Origin: a virus
Taxonomy: Duplodnaviria; Caudoviricetes
Strand: one strand, 5' to 3'
Length of the DNA: 64,000 bases
IMG/VR virus record: IMGVR_UViG_3300035498_000356
Coordinates: 32,001-96,000 of that record
Numbering within the stretch: the stretch's first letter is position 1; the number at the start of each line of letters is the position of its first letter. The position numbers and the translations under genes were made by a program. Positions 38,668 to 48,527 of the stretch are shown piece by piece. The notes below the pieces were generated by a model. That model was not told the origin of the DNA. It saw only the letters and a program-made list of their open reading frames with translations, and did no database searches.

Positions 38668-39441
38668 ATGGCTTTTAATTTTGGAAATATTACAAACGCT
38701 ACAGTAACAAATTCAACTTCTTATTTAAAACCTTATCAGATTTATTCTGATGTTGAAATTAAGAAAACAGAAATAGTAGAAGGCGAAAAAGATGGAAGAC
38801 ATTGGAAGCGTCTTGATATTGTTTTTGGCAATAATGAAGGAGAATATACTGAAAGTATGTTCTATTGTGACGAGAATAATCCTCGAGATATTACTCGCCC
38901 TGAATATGACCAACCTAATGGAGGTAAACGTTATGGTGCAGCTCCTATTGAGGAATTGCAAAATGAGATTGCATCCATTGGTTTTGCATTCTTTCCTAAA
39001 CAATTTGAAAAACTTCAAGCAGCAGCAAGCAAGATTGGTACTGTTGAGCAGCTGATGGCTTTGTTTAAGAAATGTATTGACGGTAATATTGGTAAAGTGA
39101 AAACCAATATGAAACTTGTAGGTCGTAAAAGTTCTGATGGACATGTATATGCACGTCTACCTAAATTTACTGGTATGGCCGAAGCTAAGACACAAGAATC
39201 CGCATCTCGTAATGGAGTAGAAGTTGGACAATGGTATTCTTGGAGAGTATCTCCATTTAATGATAATCCCGATCGACTTACATTCAGCAGTTATGAAATG
39301 CAACAAGCTAATTCTCTAGCTTCTGCAAAGCCAACTCAAATGAGTCCATTGGATTCACTTGATTCAGTTGAATCAGTACCTGCTTCAACTGTTAAACCAA
39401 GTGAAGATGAGGATTTGTCGGACCTTTTGGCTGCACTCTAA
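38668..39441 (+). CDS. ssb: Putative single-stranded DNA-binding protein
   Basis: Position between the recombinase-like ATPase and primase; acidic C-terminal tail; high-expression codon usage. Confidence 0.55.
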   Translation: MAFNFGNITNATVTNSTSYLKPYQIYSDVEIKKTEIVEGEKDGRHWKRLDIVFGNNEGEYTESMFYCDENNPRDITRPEYDQPNGGKRYGAAPIEELQNEIASIGFAFFPKQFEKLQAAASKIGTVEQLMALFKKCIDGNIGKVKTNMKLVGRKSSDGHVYARLPKFTGMAEAKTQESASRNGVEVGQWYSWRVSPFNDNPDRLTFSSYEMQQANSLASAKPTQMSPLDSLDSVESVPASTVKPSEDEDLSDLLAAL

Positions 39442-39496
39442 TAAATTTGTAAATTCAAACTAAAATTGCTTTATTTGCAATAAAAAGATTTATTGC

Positions 39497-40516
39497 ATGA
39501 ATTTTAGTTTATATGATAAACCTAGATTAACTAAGGATTTCATATTATCTAAATTAACCGAAGAGCAAATATTTAGTTATTATATAGGAGGAAATATATT
39601 TAATAAGAAATTATTTAGAAGTCAATTACGAAAAGATAAGAACCCAACATGTTCTTTCTATCGTAATAAATCTAATACTCTTATATATAAAGATTTCGCA
39701 ACCGGACAATCTCTAAACTGCTTTGGGTATGTTTGTGAATTGTTCGGTTGTGATTACTTTAAAGCGTTACAGATAATTGCTAATGACTTTAATTTAGTTA
39801 AGAATGATTCATTAGTTAAAACTAGAGGTAAAATTATTTCAAAAGATTATAAGATAGAAGAAAAGGAATTTTCTAAGATACAGGTTGAAATTCAAGACTT
39901 TACTGATTACGATATAAAATGGTGGGGTAAATATGGAATTACTACAGATATACTTAAAAAATATCATGTGTTTTCTTGTAAACATGTATTTTTAAATGAT
40001 AGATTAGTTTCTGAATATGGACAACATTGTCCTATCTATGGATATTATGGAAATAAATATCAAGGTAAGGAACTATGGAGAATATATTATCCCAAACGTA
40101 AATCGTATCGTTTTTTAACTAATTGGCCCACTAAGAAAATTCAAGGATATGATCAATTACCAAAGAAAGGTAAATTATTGGTAATTACAAAGTCAATGAA
40201 AGATCTAATGGTTTTGAATTCATTAGGTATATCAGCTATTGCTCCAAACTCAGAAACACAAATTCCAGGTGAAGCAATATTAGATGATTTAAAGAAACGA
40301 TTTAAAAATATAGTAGTCCTATTTGATAATGATTTAACTGGAATTAGTTTTATGAATAAATTCAAAAAGCAACACCCAGAATTTATATATACATGGATTC
40401 CTAGAAAACTAAATGCTAAAGATATTAGTGATTACTATAAATGCAACGGTAAAGAAAAAACAATCAATCTAATTAAACAATTTATTTTATGGCTAAAAAA
40501 AGTTAGAAAGACTTAG
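39497..40516 (+). CDS. dnaG: DNA primase (TOPRIM)
   Basis: LRKDKNPTCSF, YKDFATG, ITKSMKD, LFDNDLTG, KDISD. Confidence 0.88.
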   Translation: MNFSLYDKPRLTKDFILSKLTEEQIFSYYIGGNIFNKKLFRSQLRKDKNPTCSFYRNKSNTLIYKDFATGQSLNCFGYVCELFGCDYFKALQIIANDFNLVKNDSLVKTRGKIISKDYKIEEKEFSKIQVEIQDFTDYDIKWWGKYGITTDILKKYHVFSCKHVFLNDRLVSEYGQHCPIYGYYGNKYQGKELWRIYYPKRKSYRFLTNWPTKKIQGYDQLPKKGKLLVITKSMKDLMVLNSLGISAIAPNSETQIPGEAILDDLKKRFKNIVVLFDNDLTGISFMNKFKKQHPEFIYTWIPRKLNAKDISDYYKCNGKEKTINLIKQFILWLKKVRKT

Positions 40517-41061
40517 ACACATCAGTAATTATAACGTATAAAGACGGAAGTTTTGAACAATTCAATTCAATAAGTGAAGCATCAGAGAAAACAGGATTAT
40601 CTGAATCTGCTATTAAAATACGTTGTAATAAATGTAGAGAAGGCTCTATGAACAAAAAAGATAAAATTCACTGCAAGTGGATAGATGATACTACTTTTAG
40701 AAGCTATCAAGCTAAGAAAAGTAGGAATAAAGGAAATAAATTTGAATTAGATGTTATTAAAGAATTAACTGAATTAGGATATAAAGGACTTGTGTCATCA
40801 AGATCTCAAAATCGTAATTTAGATAATTCTAAAGTTGATATAGCCGAAACTACAGATAAACTTCCATTTTATATCCAATGCAAGGCAACTTTGAATACTC
40901 CAAATATTGAAACTATTAGTGAAGAATGCCCTTTGAAGGATAAACCACTTGTTATATTTTGGAGAAAACAAAAAGTTAATTCCGAGTCTTCTGATTATGT
41001 GATATTGCCAAAAGAAGTCTTATATAATCTATTAAAAAATGAAAAGACTAACAACTAGTGA
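40489..41061 (+). CDS. Holliday-junction-resolvase-like PD-(D/E)xK nuclease with N-terminal HTH; TAG at codon 6
   Basis: MAKKS*KDLD...FNSISEASEKTGLS is in frame with track ORF 40648 (KGNKFE...VDI...IQCK); ends TAG TGA. Confidence 0.75.
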
Positions 41062-42043
41062 ATTTGTAAAATAGTCTCGTGAAACCCATGGTAATAAATA
41101 TGATTATTCTAAAACAGAATACTACACCAAAAGAGATAAGGTATGTATAATCTGTCATAAACTTGATACTGAAGGTAAAGAGCATGGAGAATTTTGGTAG
41201 ACTCCTGATGCTCATACGAGAGGTTAGGGATGTCCAAAATGCAAGTTTTAGAAATTAAGCAAAGATAGAGTTAAAGATATAAATAATTTTATAAAAGATG
41301 CTAATTTAGTTCATAATAATAAATATGATTATAGCAAATTTAGTTATATTAATGCCCGAACTAAAGGTATTATAATTTGTCCAAAACATGGATAGTTTTT
41401 ACAAGATCCAGCTAATCATTTATCTGGAAAAGGATGTTCTGAATGTGGAAAAATAACTATATCAAAGAAACAACTAATGCCACAAGAAGAATTTATTTCT
41501 AGATGTAAAACTTTAAATCCAGATTATAATTATTCTAATACAATATATACTGGAATTGAGAATAAAATTACATATATTTGTCCAATACATGGAGAAATTG
41601 CTTAGAATGCACATGACCATTTGTATAATCATGCTAGATGTCCTAAATGCAATTAGTCTAAAGGTGAATTTTTAGTAGAAAATGTTTTAAATAGCTTAAA
41701 TATTAAATATATTTCATAGTATAAAATTCAAATCCCAAAAAATATTCGTACATCTGGATATTGTTATATAGATTTTTATTTACCAGACTATAATATATTT
41801 ATAGAGTATAATGGGGGTGTAGCATTATATTCCAGTTAAACATTTTGGAGGAAAATTAAAATTAAAGGATTAGCAAATTCGGGATAACTATGTTAGAAAA
41901 TTTTGTAAAAATAATGAAATTAAATTATTAGAAATACCTTATAATATAACTGATTTGAAAGATATTGAATTTTTAATTCAGTAGAGTATAGAAAATGATC
42001 AAAACCACTAGTTAGCTATAATTCCTGTCGATTTATTTTATAA
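41039..42043 (+). pseudogene. Free-standing homing-endonuclease-like gene (DUF723-type CxxHG/CPxC repeats plus Vsr/DUF559-like nuclease), TAG-recoded, +1 frameshift at G5 run 41813-41817
   Basis: HGNKYDYSK, CPKHG and CPIHG repeats; the motif IDFYLPDYNIFIEYNG/V*HY continues only in the shifted frame. Confidence 0.75.
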
Positions 42044-42069
42044 ACTTTTAGAAAATTATCATAAGAATC

Positions 42070-42279
42070 ATGACTAAATTTATATTTGGAGTTCAAGATA
42101 ATAGTATAGATGAGAGAACATTATACTCAATTGAAGCATGTACTATTGAAGAAGCAAGAAATAAATTCTGTAAATTATGTATGCCTATTATTAAAATGAA
42201 GTATGATGATATGCTTGATATGCTAGCAGATATAGATGTTATTATAACCGAATACAATAATAATATTATTGAACTCTAA
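42070..42279 (+). CDS. Hypothetical protein
   Basis: ORF track. Confidence 0.65.
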   Translation: MTKFIFGVQDNSIDERTLYSIEACTIEEARNKFCKLCMPIIKMKYDDMLDMLADIDVIITEYNNNIIEL

Positions 42280-42497
42280 TGAATAAGTATGTAATTCCTA
42301 TTTGTGATACTAAAGACGACCTTATCTACAATCTAGTTATTTCTGCGAATTCAATATCAGATTGCGAAGCAAAGCTCATGGAAAAAATGAGTGAAAGATA
42401 TGATATTGATCCAGAGTTTGACTTTAATGAATTTATTGATGATATGGGCGAATATGATGTTCTTATAGGAGAAATACAAGATATAGAAGAACTATGA
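42279..42497 (+). CDS. Hypothetical acidic protein
   Basis: ORF track; resembles the 42070 protein. Confidence 0.65.
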   Translation: MNKYVIPICDTKDDLIYNLVISANSISDCEAKLMEKMSERYDIDPEFDFNEFIDDMGEYDVLIGEIQDIEEL

Positions 42498-43015
42498 ACT
42501 TAAAGATTTCTTTAGATTTAGATGGAACAATATTTGATTGGGATAATTATTACCAATCAAAATTTGGAATACCTAAATCAGATTTTGAAATAACAAAAAA
42601 TGTAATGGGAATATTAAGAAAGGATAAACAGTATTGGTTAGAACAACCTATTCTTAATATTCCTAACTTTATACCTAATTGTTATTGTACTTCTAGGGTT
42701 ATTCCTAAACGTTGGATTACTGATCAAATTAAAGTTAATGATTTACCTAAAGCTCCAGTGTATCAAGTATTTGGTTTTGGACTTAGTAAATATTCTCAAC
42801 TTAAAAGGTCACAATCTTCCGTTCATGTGGATGATTCTATTTCTGTATTTAAAGATTTAAATTTGAAAGGAATTCCATGTTTATTATTAGATTCTCCTAA
42901 TAATAAAGATTGGGGTCCAATAGGTAGAATTCATTCTTTAAATATAGATGAGATTGAAGAGGTATATGATTTATTTATTAGAACTATGTTTCCTTGTTTT
43001 AAAGAGTTGATATGA
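42494..43015 (+). CDS. HAD-family 5'(3')-nucleotidase-like protein
   Basis: LDLDGTI, TSR, HVDDS. Confidence 0.8.
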   Translation: MNLKISLDLDGTIFDWDNYYQSKFGIPKSDFEITKNVMGILRKDKQYWLEQPILNIPNFIPNCYCTSRVIPKRWITDQIKVNDLPKAPVYQVFGFGLSKYSQLKRSQSSVHVDDSISVFKDLNLKGIPCLLLDSPNNKDWGPIGRIHSLNIDEIEEVYDLFIRTMFPCFKELI

Positions 43016-44055
43016 AAATAACACCACTATTAGAAACTCTTAGATTACAGAAAATAGACGATAGTACATATTTCTCTAAGAAGTACAGTAATTATATTAG
43101 TAATTCTAGATTGAGTTTAATCAATCCTAAACAAGATGGAAGTCCTGAAAAATTTTTTGAAGGATTTAAACCATTCTATTCTCCAAGTTTGCAAATTGGT
43201 TCAGCAGTACATGCTATTGTATTGCAACCTGAATCATTTCATATAGCAGATGATTTAGGAAAACCAACTAGCAAAATGGGAATAATGGCTGATGAATTAT
43301 ATTCTGATTATATAAATGGAACTTTAGATAATGAGAAGATAAGAGAAATATCTTTAAAGGTTGATTATTATTCAAATGCTCTATGGGGAGAAGCAAAATT
43401 CAAAAAAGTCATTGATGATTGCACTCCTTATTGGGAGGCTCGAAAGCACTATTCTGAGGCAATTTCAGACAATAGTGTTGAAGAATTATATCTTGATTAT
43501 CGAAGTCGTCAAATTGCTATCAGCTGTATAGAATCACTGCAAAACAGTAATTATATATTAGATAAGATGCATCCAAAAACTGAATTTCCGGATTCAATTA
43601 TATCTGAAAATGAGCAAGCTATTTTGTTAGATATAAAAGTTGAAATGGAAAATTCAGAACCATTTATACTTAAACTTAAAGCTAAACTAGATAATTATGT
43701 TATTGACACATTGAATAATACAATATGTGTTAATGATATAAAGACTTTAGGTAAAACTGTAGATAAGATGAATGAAAATATAGATAGATTCCATTATAAT
43801 AGGGAATTTGCATTCTATTTATATTTATTAAATCTTGTAGCTCATAAGTATTACGGCTTAAAAAATCCAATAGCTAAAGGAAATTATTTAGTAGTATCTA
43901 CTATTCCTGGATATTATACAAAAGTAGTTCCTTTAACTAAAAAGATGCTTCAAGAAGGATTTGATGAACTTAAATATTTAATACATTTAGTTGCAGAGAA
44001 TGTTGCAACTAAATATAAAGACTTTGGTATATGGAATACAGCTATCAGCAATTAG
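43012..44055 (+). CDS. PD-(D/E)xK exonuclease (ExoVIII/RecB-like)
   Basis: ISNSRL, GSAVHA, KAKLD...NDIKT, YNREFAFY. Confidence 0.8.
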   Translation: MKITPLLETLRLQKIDDSTYFSKKYSNYISNSRLSLINPKQDGSPEKFFEGFKPFYSPSLQIGSAVHAIVLQPESFHIADDLGKPTSKMGIMADELYSDYINGTLDNEKIREISLKVDYYSNALWGEAKFKKVIDDCTPYWEARKHYSEAISDNSVEELYLDYRSRQIAISCIESLQNSNYILDKMHPKTEFPDSIISENEQAILLDIKVEMENSEPFILKLKAKLDNYVIDTLNNTICVNDIKTLGKTVDKMNENIDRFHYNREFAFYLYLLNLVAHKYYGLKNPIAKGNYLVVSTIPGYYTKVVPLTKKMLQEGFDELKYLIHLVAENVATKYKDFGIWNTAISN

Positions 44056-44360
44056 AAGATTTGTATTCTAAATATTTTAGCTTTGGTAATTTAGGAATTA
44101 GCTTTGATTCTAAGTTAGCATTACTTTCAATGCTATGCCATCTTACTGAAGAACTAAAAGGAAAGAAACCTGATATTAACCATTATCAAGTTTTAAGAAA
44201 TATTGTAGGAACTAAAATTCCGGATAATGTTGTTAAAGGCATTTCTATAGTAGCTAAAGATATGAGCTATGGATGTCAACAATTTCCAACTTTTGGACTT
44301 ACAAATAAACAAATGATAGATAAAATAAAAGAATTAGCAGATAATTATTTACCATTTTAG
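44031..44360 (+). CDS. Hypothetical protein
   Basis: ORF track. Confidence 0.7.
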   Translation: MEYSYQQLEDLYSKYFSFGNLGISFDSKLALLSMLCHLTEELKGKKPDINHYQVLRNIVGTKIPDNVVKGISIVAKDMSYGCQQFPTFGLTNKQMIDKIKELADNYLPF

Positions 44361-44476
44361 ATTTAACACTTTTTAACAGTAAATTATTTTATTATATAAT
44401 ATAAAATGACTAAATTTGCTAGAAAGGTTAGAAACCAAAGATGTTTAAAATTTTTATAGATTTTTTTGGTAAAGCA

Positions 44477-44508
44477 TTTGGATAGTAAAAAATAAAATAC
44501 TATATTTG
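44477..44508 (+). promoter_or_regulatory. Bacteroidetes promoter (TTTG-N20-TATATTTG)
   Basis: Consensus match. Confidence 0.7.
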
Positions 44509-44559
44509 CTTTATAAATGTAAAATGAATTAATGTTAAATTTTAAATTTTATTTGTCTT

Positions 44560-45213
44560 ATGGAAAATAATTATGTATTCCGTTCAATCGAAGTAGTAGG
44601 CGCAACAAAAGAAGATGCATTTGCAAGTCAGGACACATTCACAGCTCCTGTAGAAAATTGGCGTAACGCAACACAGGCATTCCGTAATTGGAAACAGTCA
44701 CAGACTGAAGCTATTACAGATGCTGCTGTAAAGGAGTTTATGCGTGAATATATTCGTGCTAACAAGATTGCTCCTGGTGCTGCTGCTTATATTGTAAATG
44801 AGCCTGCTGTTAAGGATACTCGTAAGCGTGCTTACACTATTGAGGATGTTAAACGTGAAGGTGGTGCTACTCACTATGGTAAAGTATTTGAACTTTGTGA
44901 GAAGCTTGAAGATGGAACAATTCGTGTACTTGCTTCTACACCTTGCGAAATGGTACCGCAAACTGATGATGAAGGTAATCGTTTGCTTGATGAAGATGGT
45001 AATGTTCGTATGAAGGTTTCTTCTGCAACTAAGGCTGAAGCTAAGAATCTTGCTAAAGCGCTTATTACTGAAAAGGGTTATAAGGGTTCAGGTTTTGCTC
45101 GTCTAGTTCGTAAAGTTGCAACTGGTGATGATGTTGTATTTACATTCTCTTATACGCCTTCCAAGAGTGCACAGAACGGAGTTTATACTGTGTTTGGTTT
45201 GGAAATTTGTTAA
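44560..45213 (+). CDS. Hypothetical protein, probably highly expressed
   Basis: Has its own promoter and terminator; biased CGT/GCT/AAG codon use. Confidence 0.8.
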   Translation: MENNYVFRSIEVVGATKEDAFASQDTFTAPVENWRNATQAFRNWKQSQTEAITDAAVKEFMREYIRANKIAPGAAAYIVNEPAVKDTRKRAYTIEDVKREGGATHYGKVFELCEKLEDGTIRVLASTPCEMVPQTDDEGNRLLDEDGNVRMKVSSATKAEAKNLAKALITEKGYKGSGFARLVRKVATGDDVVFTFSYTPSKSAQNGVYTVFGLEIC

Positions 45214-45260
45214 GAATTTATTTTTCGATATTAATGATAAATTAAGTTTGAATGATTTTG

Positions 45261-45293
45261 AAGGAGTTGGTCTGTGAAGATCGACTCCTTTTC
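45261..45293 (+). terminator. Intrinsic terminator with TGTGAA loop
   Basis: AAGGAGTTGGTC-TGTGAA-GATCGACTCCTT followed by a T tract. Confidence 0.75.
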
Positions 45294-45350
45294 TTATTTT
45301 ATACCCAGAAATGGTTTTAACAATTGAATAAAACAATTAAAAATATTTGA

Positions 45351-46865
45351 ATGAAGGAAAGTACATTAAAACAATTGCAAGATGATTTGCAATATATTCT
45401 TGATAACAATCTTACAATTTCAGAGTGGCAAGATAAGTTTAATAAAGGTAAACTTAATATCTCATCTAGAATGGTTTCTTATAGATCTGATATTAAGAAT
45501 GTAAATAATTATCCAGAAATATATAACCTCTATATGGCTATTAAAGAAAGAGATAATAAGCCTAAGAATATAGAACAAGATGATACGTCTTGGTCTGTTG
45601 ATAGAGATGAAAATGGAGTTATACAAAAATATCACATTTATTATCCTACAAAAAGTGGGATTCCATTTATTACGGCATTAACTAGACAAGATGCAGAAAC
45701 TCTATTTAGTTTATATACATATTATGGAGGTAATGTAACAGCACGTAATGTTTGTAATGAATTTCCACAATATACTCTTGCTGAGATTAAGATGATATTT
45801 AGATGTTTTAATCTTACTAAAGATTCTATATTTGTAGCTCCTCACTTATTAGAAGAACTAACTCCTGAACAGATTGCTCAATATAGAATGCAAGTTAAAG
45901 AAAGAGCTGCATTTAAATATTGTGATGCTAAACAAGAAAGAGATTTCACTAATCAGATTAAAAAGATGGCTAGTGAAATTAATAAGCTTAAAGACTCTAA
46001 AGATCTTGCTGAATCTCTTATTGGTAAAGTTGAATATGAAAAAGTATCAATAAAGAAAGAAGTTCCAGAAAAAGGAACTACTGGAGTTATATGTCTTTCT
46101 GATTTACATGTAGGAGCATTTAATGTTCCCGAAGGATATATAGATCTACCTGAATATAATGAATCAGAAGTTAATAGAAGACTTGATTATATAATTAATC
46201 AACTTTCCTATAAAGGTTGGGAAAATGTAATTGTATTAAATCTCGGAGATTCTATTGATTCATTTAGAAAAATGACTACGTCAATGTCTCATCAATTGCC
46301 CTGCGTAAAGACAGATAGAGAGATTGCCGAAATGTATCTTTCTGTAATGAAGCGATTCTTTTATCAACTTAAACAAATAGTTCCTAATGTTCAATATAAT
46401 TCAATAGGTTCTGGTAATCATAGTGGTGATACTGGATGGCTATGTGATATGGTATTAGTTAGAGATTTAACTAATGAACTTGGAATAAAATGTTATTTAA
46501 GTAATAAAGAAATAGATGCATTCAATTATAGAGGAACATCTTATATTTATTTACATGGAAAAGCACAAGCAACTAAAGGTCAATATAAAGGATTTCCATT
46601 AAACCTGAATGATAGAACTCAATGTTGGTTTAATGATTTCTTTGCAGATACTGACTTAGAATTATTAGATAAAAAGGTAGTTATTAAAGGTGATTTACAT
46701 CAATTCTCAGTTAATAGTGTATCTTCATTTGACTATATAAATTGCCCTTCCGTTTATGGAAGTAGTACATATATAGTAAGCAATTTTGGATATACTAAAT
46801 GGGGATGTGCTTATCTTGAAATAGATACTCTTGGAAATTATAATATAGGTGTTATTAAAGAATAA
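45351..46865 (+). CDS. Calcineurin-like metallophosphoesterase/nuclease
   Basis: SDLHVG, LGDSID, GNH, HG, GDLH. Confidence 0.82.
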   Translation: MKESTLKQLQDDLQYILDNNLTISEWQDKFNKGKLNISSRMVSYRSDIKNVNNYPEIYNLYMAIKERDNKPKNIEQDDTSWSVDRDENGVIQKYHIYYPTKSGIPFITALTRQDAETLFSLYTYYGGNVTARNVCNEFPQYTLAEIKMIFRCFNLTKDSIFVAPHLLEELTPEQIAQYRMQVKERAAFKYCDAKQERDFTNQIKKMASEINKLKDSKDLAESLIGKVEYEKVSIKKEVPEKGTTGVICLSDLHVGAFNVPEGYIDLPEYNESEVNRRLDYIINQLSYKGWENVIVLNLGDSIDSFRKMTTSMSHQLPCVKTDREIAEMYLSVMKRFFYQLKQIVPNVQYNSIGSGNHSGDTGWLCDMVLVRDLTNELGIKCYLSNKEIDAFNYRGTSYIYLHGKAQATKGQYKGFPLNLNDRTQCWFNDFFADTDLELLDKKVVIKGDLHQFSVNSVSSFDYINCPSVYGSSTYIVSNFGYTKWGCAYLEIDTLGNYNIGVIKE

Positions 46866-46872
46866 ATTAAAA

Positions 46873-47046
46873 ATGGAAAAGACCGCTAGAAACAAAAATT
46901 ATTGGTTTGAAAATTACAAACCGAGTAAAACATCAGTTCCTGTAACATATAATGGAATTGAATATCTTTCAAAGAAACAATGTTGTGTATTAGAGCATAT
47001 TAGTATGAATCAACTCAATAAATATCTTGAAAACAATGGAAAATAA
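46873..47046 (+). CDS. Small hypothetical protein
   Basis: ATG start within track ORF 46849-47046. Confidence 0.5.
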   Translation: MEKTARNKNYWFENYKPSKTSVPVTYNGIEYLSKKQCCVLEHISMNQLNKYLENNGK

Positions 47047-47389
47047 ATCTTTAGTTACTGCTAATGATATACTCAATTTAGTTGATACTATAATTTCAAA
47101 TGTAGATAAATATGATATTGGATTTAGTTCTAGTGAGCATGATGATGAACTTAAATTCAATCATCTAAGTATATATATTTCAGATAAAGAATATATTTGT
47201 ATTCAATATGATGGTGAAAAAATTAGATTAAATAATAGAAATATTGATATTTTTATTAGACAATTATCAGAAATAGAAAAATGTACATTATCTTTAAAGT
47301 TTGAAATTCTTAATGATATTCTTAAACAAAGATTATCAGATAGGATTCATGAACTTATTACAATTCCAAATGACGATATAGATGAATAA
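47036..47389 (+). CDS. Hypothetical protein
   Basis: ATG start within track ORF 47027-47389. Confidence 0.65.
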   Translation: MENKSLVTANDILNLVDTIISNVDKYDIGFSSSEHDDELKFNHLSIYISDKEYICIQYDGEKIRLNNRNIDIFIRQLSEIEKCTLSLKFEILNDILKQRLSDRIHELITIPNDDIDE

Positions 47390-47720
47390 GATATTCGTTC
47401 TTAAAAAAGTTGTATCGTATCCATTAGATGTTGGTGAAATTATTGCTGCATATACATCTATGGAATCTGCAATGCAGGCTAAATCCAAATTAGAAGAATC
47501 ATTTCCAATTATAAACGAAGAAGACTTTGTAAAAATTGATAATGATGTATTTGATTTTTGTCAAGAACAAGATATAGATAGCAATGATAAAGCTAATTGG
47601 ATAGATGTTGCTAAAACTGTATGTGATTTCAGTGAGAATGATTTAATAAAAGCTTATGACTTTTATACTACTACTGAATATGGAACATACGATATAATTG
47701 AAACTGATTTATGGAATTAA
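47382..47720 (+). CDS. Hypothetical protein
   Basis: ORF track. Confidence 0.7.
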   Translation: MNKIFVLKKVVSYPLDVGEIIAAYTSMESAMQAKSKLEESFPIINEEDFVKIDNDVFDFCQEQDIDSNDKANWIDVAKTVCDFSENDLIKAYDFYTTTEYGTYDIIETDLWN

Positions 47721-48511
47721 CTATTGATGAATTGTTAAGAGGTAAAGGAACTCAAATTAAAGGTAAAGAGTATCTTCCTACAGCTGCTTATGTAGAACCT
47801 TTTCTAGAACGTTTGTCACCTTATACAAATGATTTTAGAGTACAGGTTAAATTACCAGATCAAATTACACTTACAGAAAATGGAGGTGTAAATATGGAAG
47901 ATATTACATTTAATAGAGTTTGGGTACAAGCTATTATGCCTGATGAACTCAATTATGAAAATCATAGAGATAGTGTAAGTCTATTATATGCTCTTGATAC
48001 ACGTAAGCCTGTAGTTAAGATATTTAAATCTGGAGTAAATATGGCATGTTTAAATATGTGTATATTTAATCCAAGTTATATTAATCTACAATCGCTTGAA
48101 CCAGAAGCTCCTATTAATTTTAAGTGCGTGAAACCACTTATGGAAGAAGTATCTGATACTGCAATGTGGATGCATAAACTTGAAGAAACAGAAGTTCCAT
48201 ATAATTATGAATTAATTAATGAGAACTTAGGTATGTGGATTCGTAATAGCATTAAGAATACTTATGATTCTGGATACGGTAAAGTAAAATTAGCAACATC
48301 TACACCTATTGATGCTTATAAACTTTTATACGAGAAGAAAGATTCTCCTTATTATGTAGAAGAAGGAGCATCTACTAATATGTTTAATGTTTATAATGCA
48401 TTTACTGAATTAGTAACAAACGATGGTACTAAAGAAGATAAACGTGGTGGAGATTTATGTTGTAAAGCTGAAAAGACTTTGATGATTAAAGATATTCTAC
48501 AATTGGTTTAA
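47711..48511 (+). CDS. DUF932-like protein
   Basis: ACLNMC and NMFNVYNAFT motifs. Confidence 0.6.
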   Translation: MELTIDELLRGKGTQIKGKEYLPTAAYVEPFLERLSPYTNDFRVQVKLPDQITLTENGGVNMEDITFNRVWVQAIMPDELNYENHRDSVSLLYALDTRKPVVKIFKSGVNMACLNMCIFNPSYINLQSLEPEAPINFKCVKPLMEEVSDTAMWMHKLEETEVPYNYELINENLGMWIRNSIKNTYDSGYGKVKLATSTPIDAYKLLYEKKDSPYYVEEGASTNMFNVYNAFTELVTNDGTKEDKRGGDLCCKAEKTLMIKDILQLV

Positions 48512-48527
48512 TTAAAATTATAATTTG

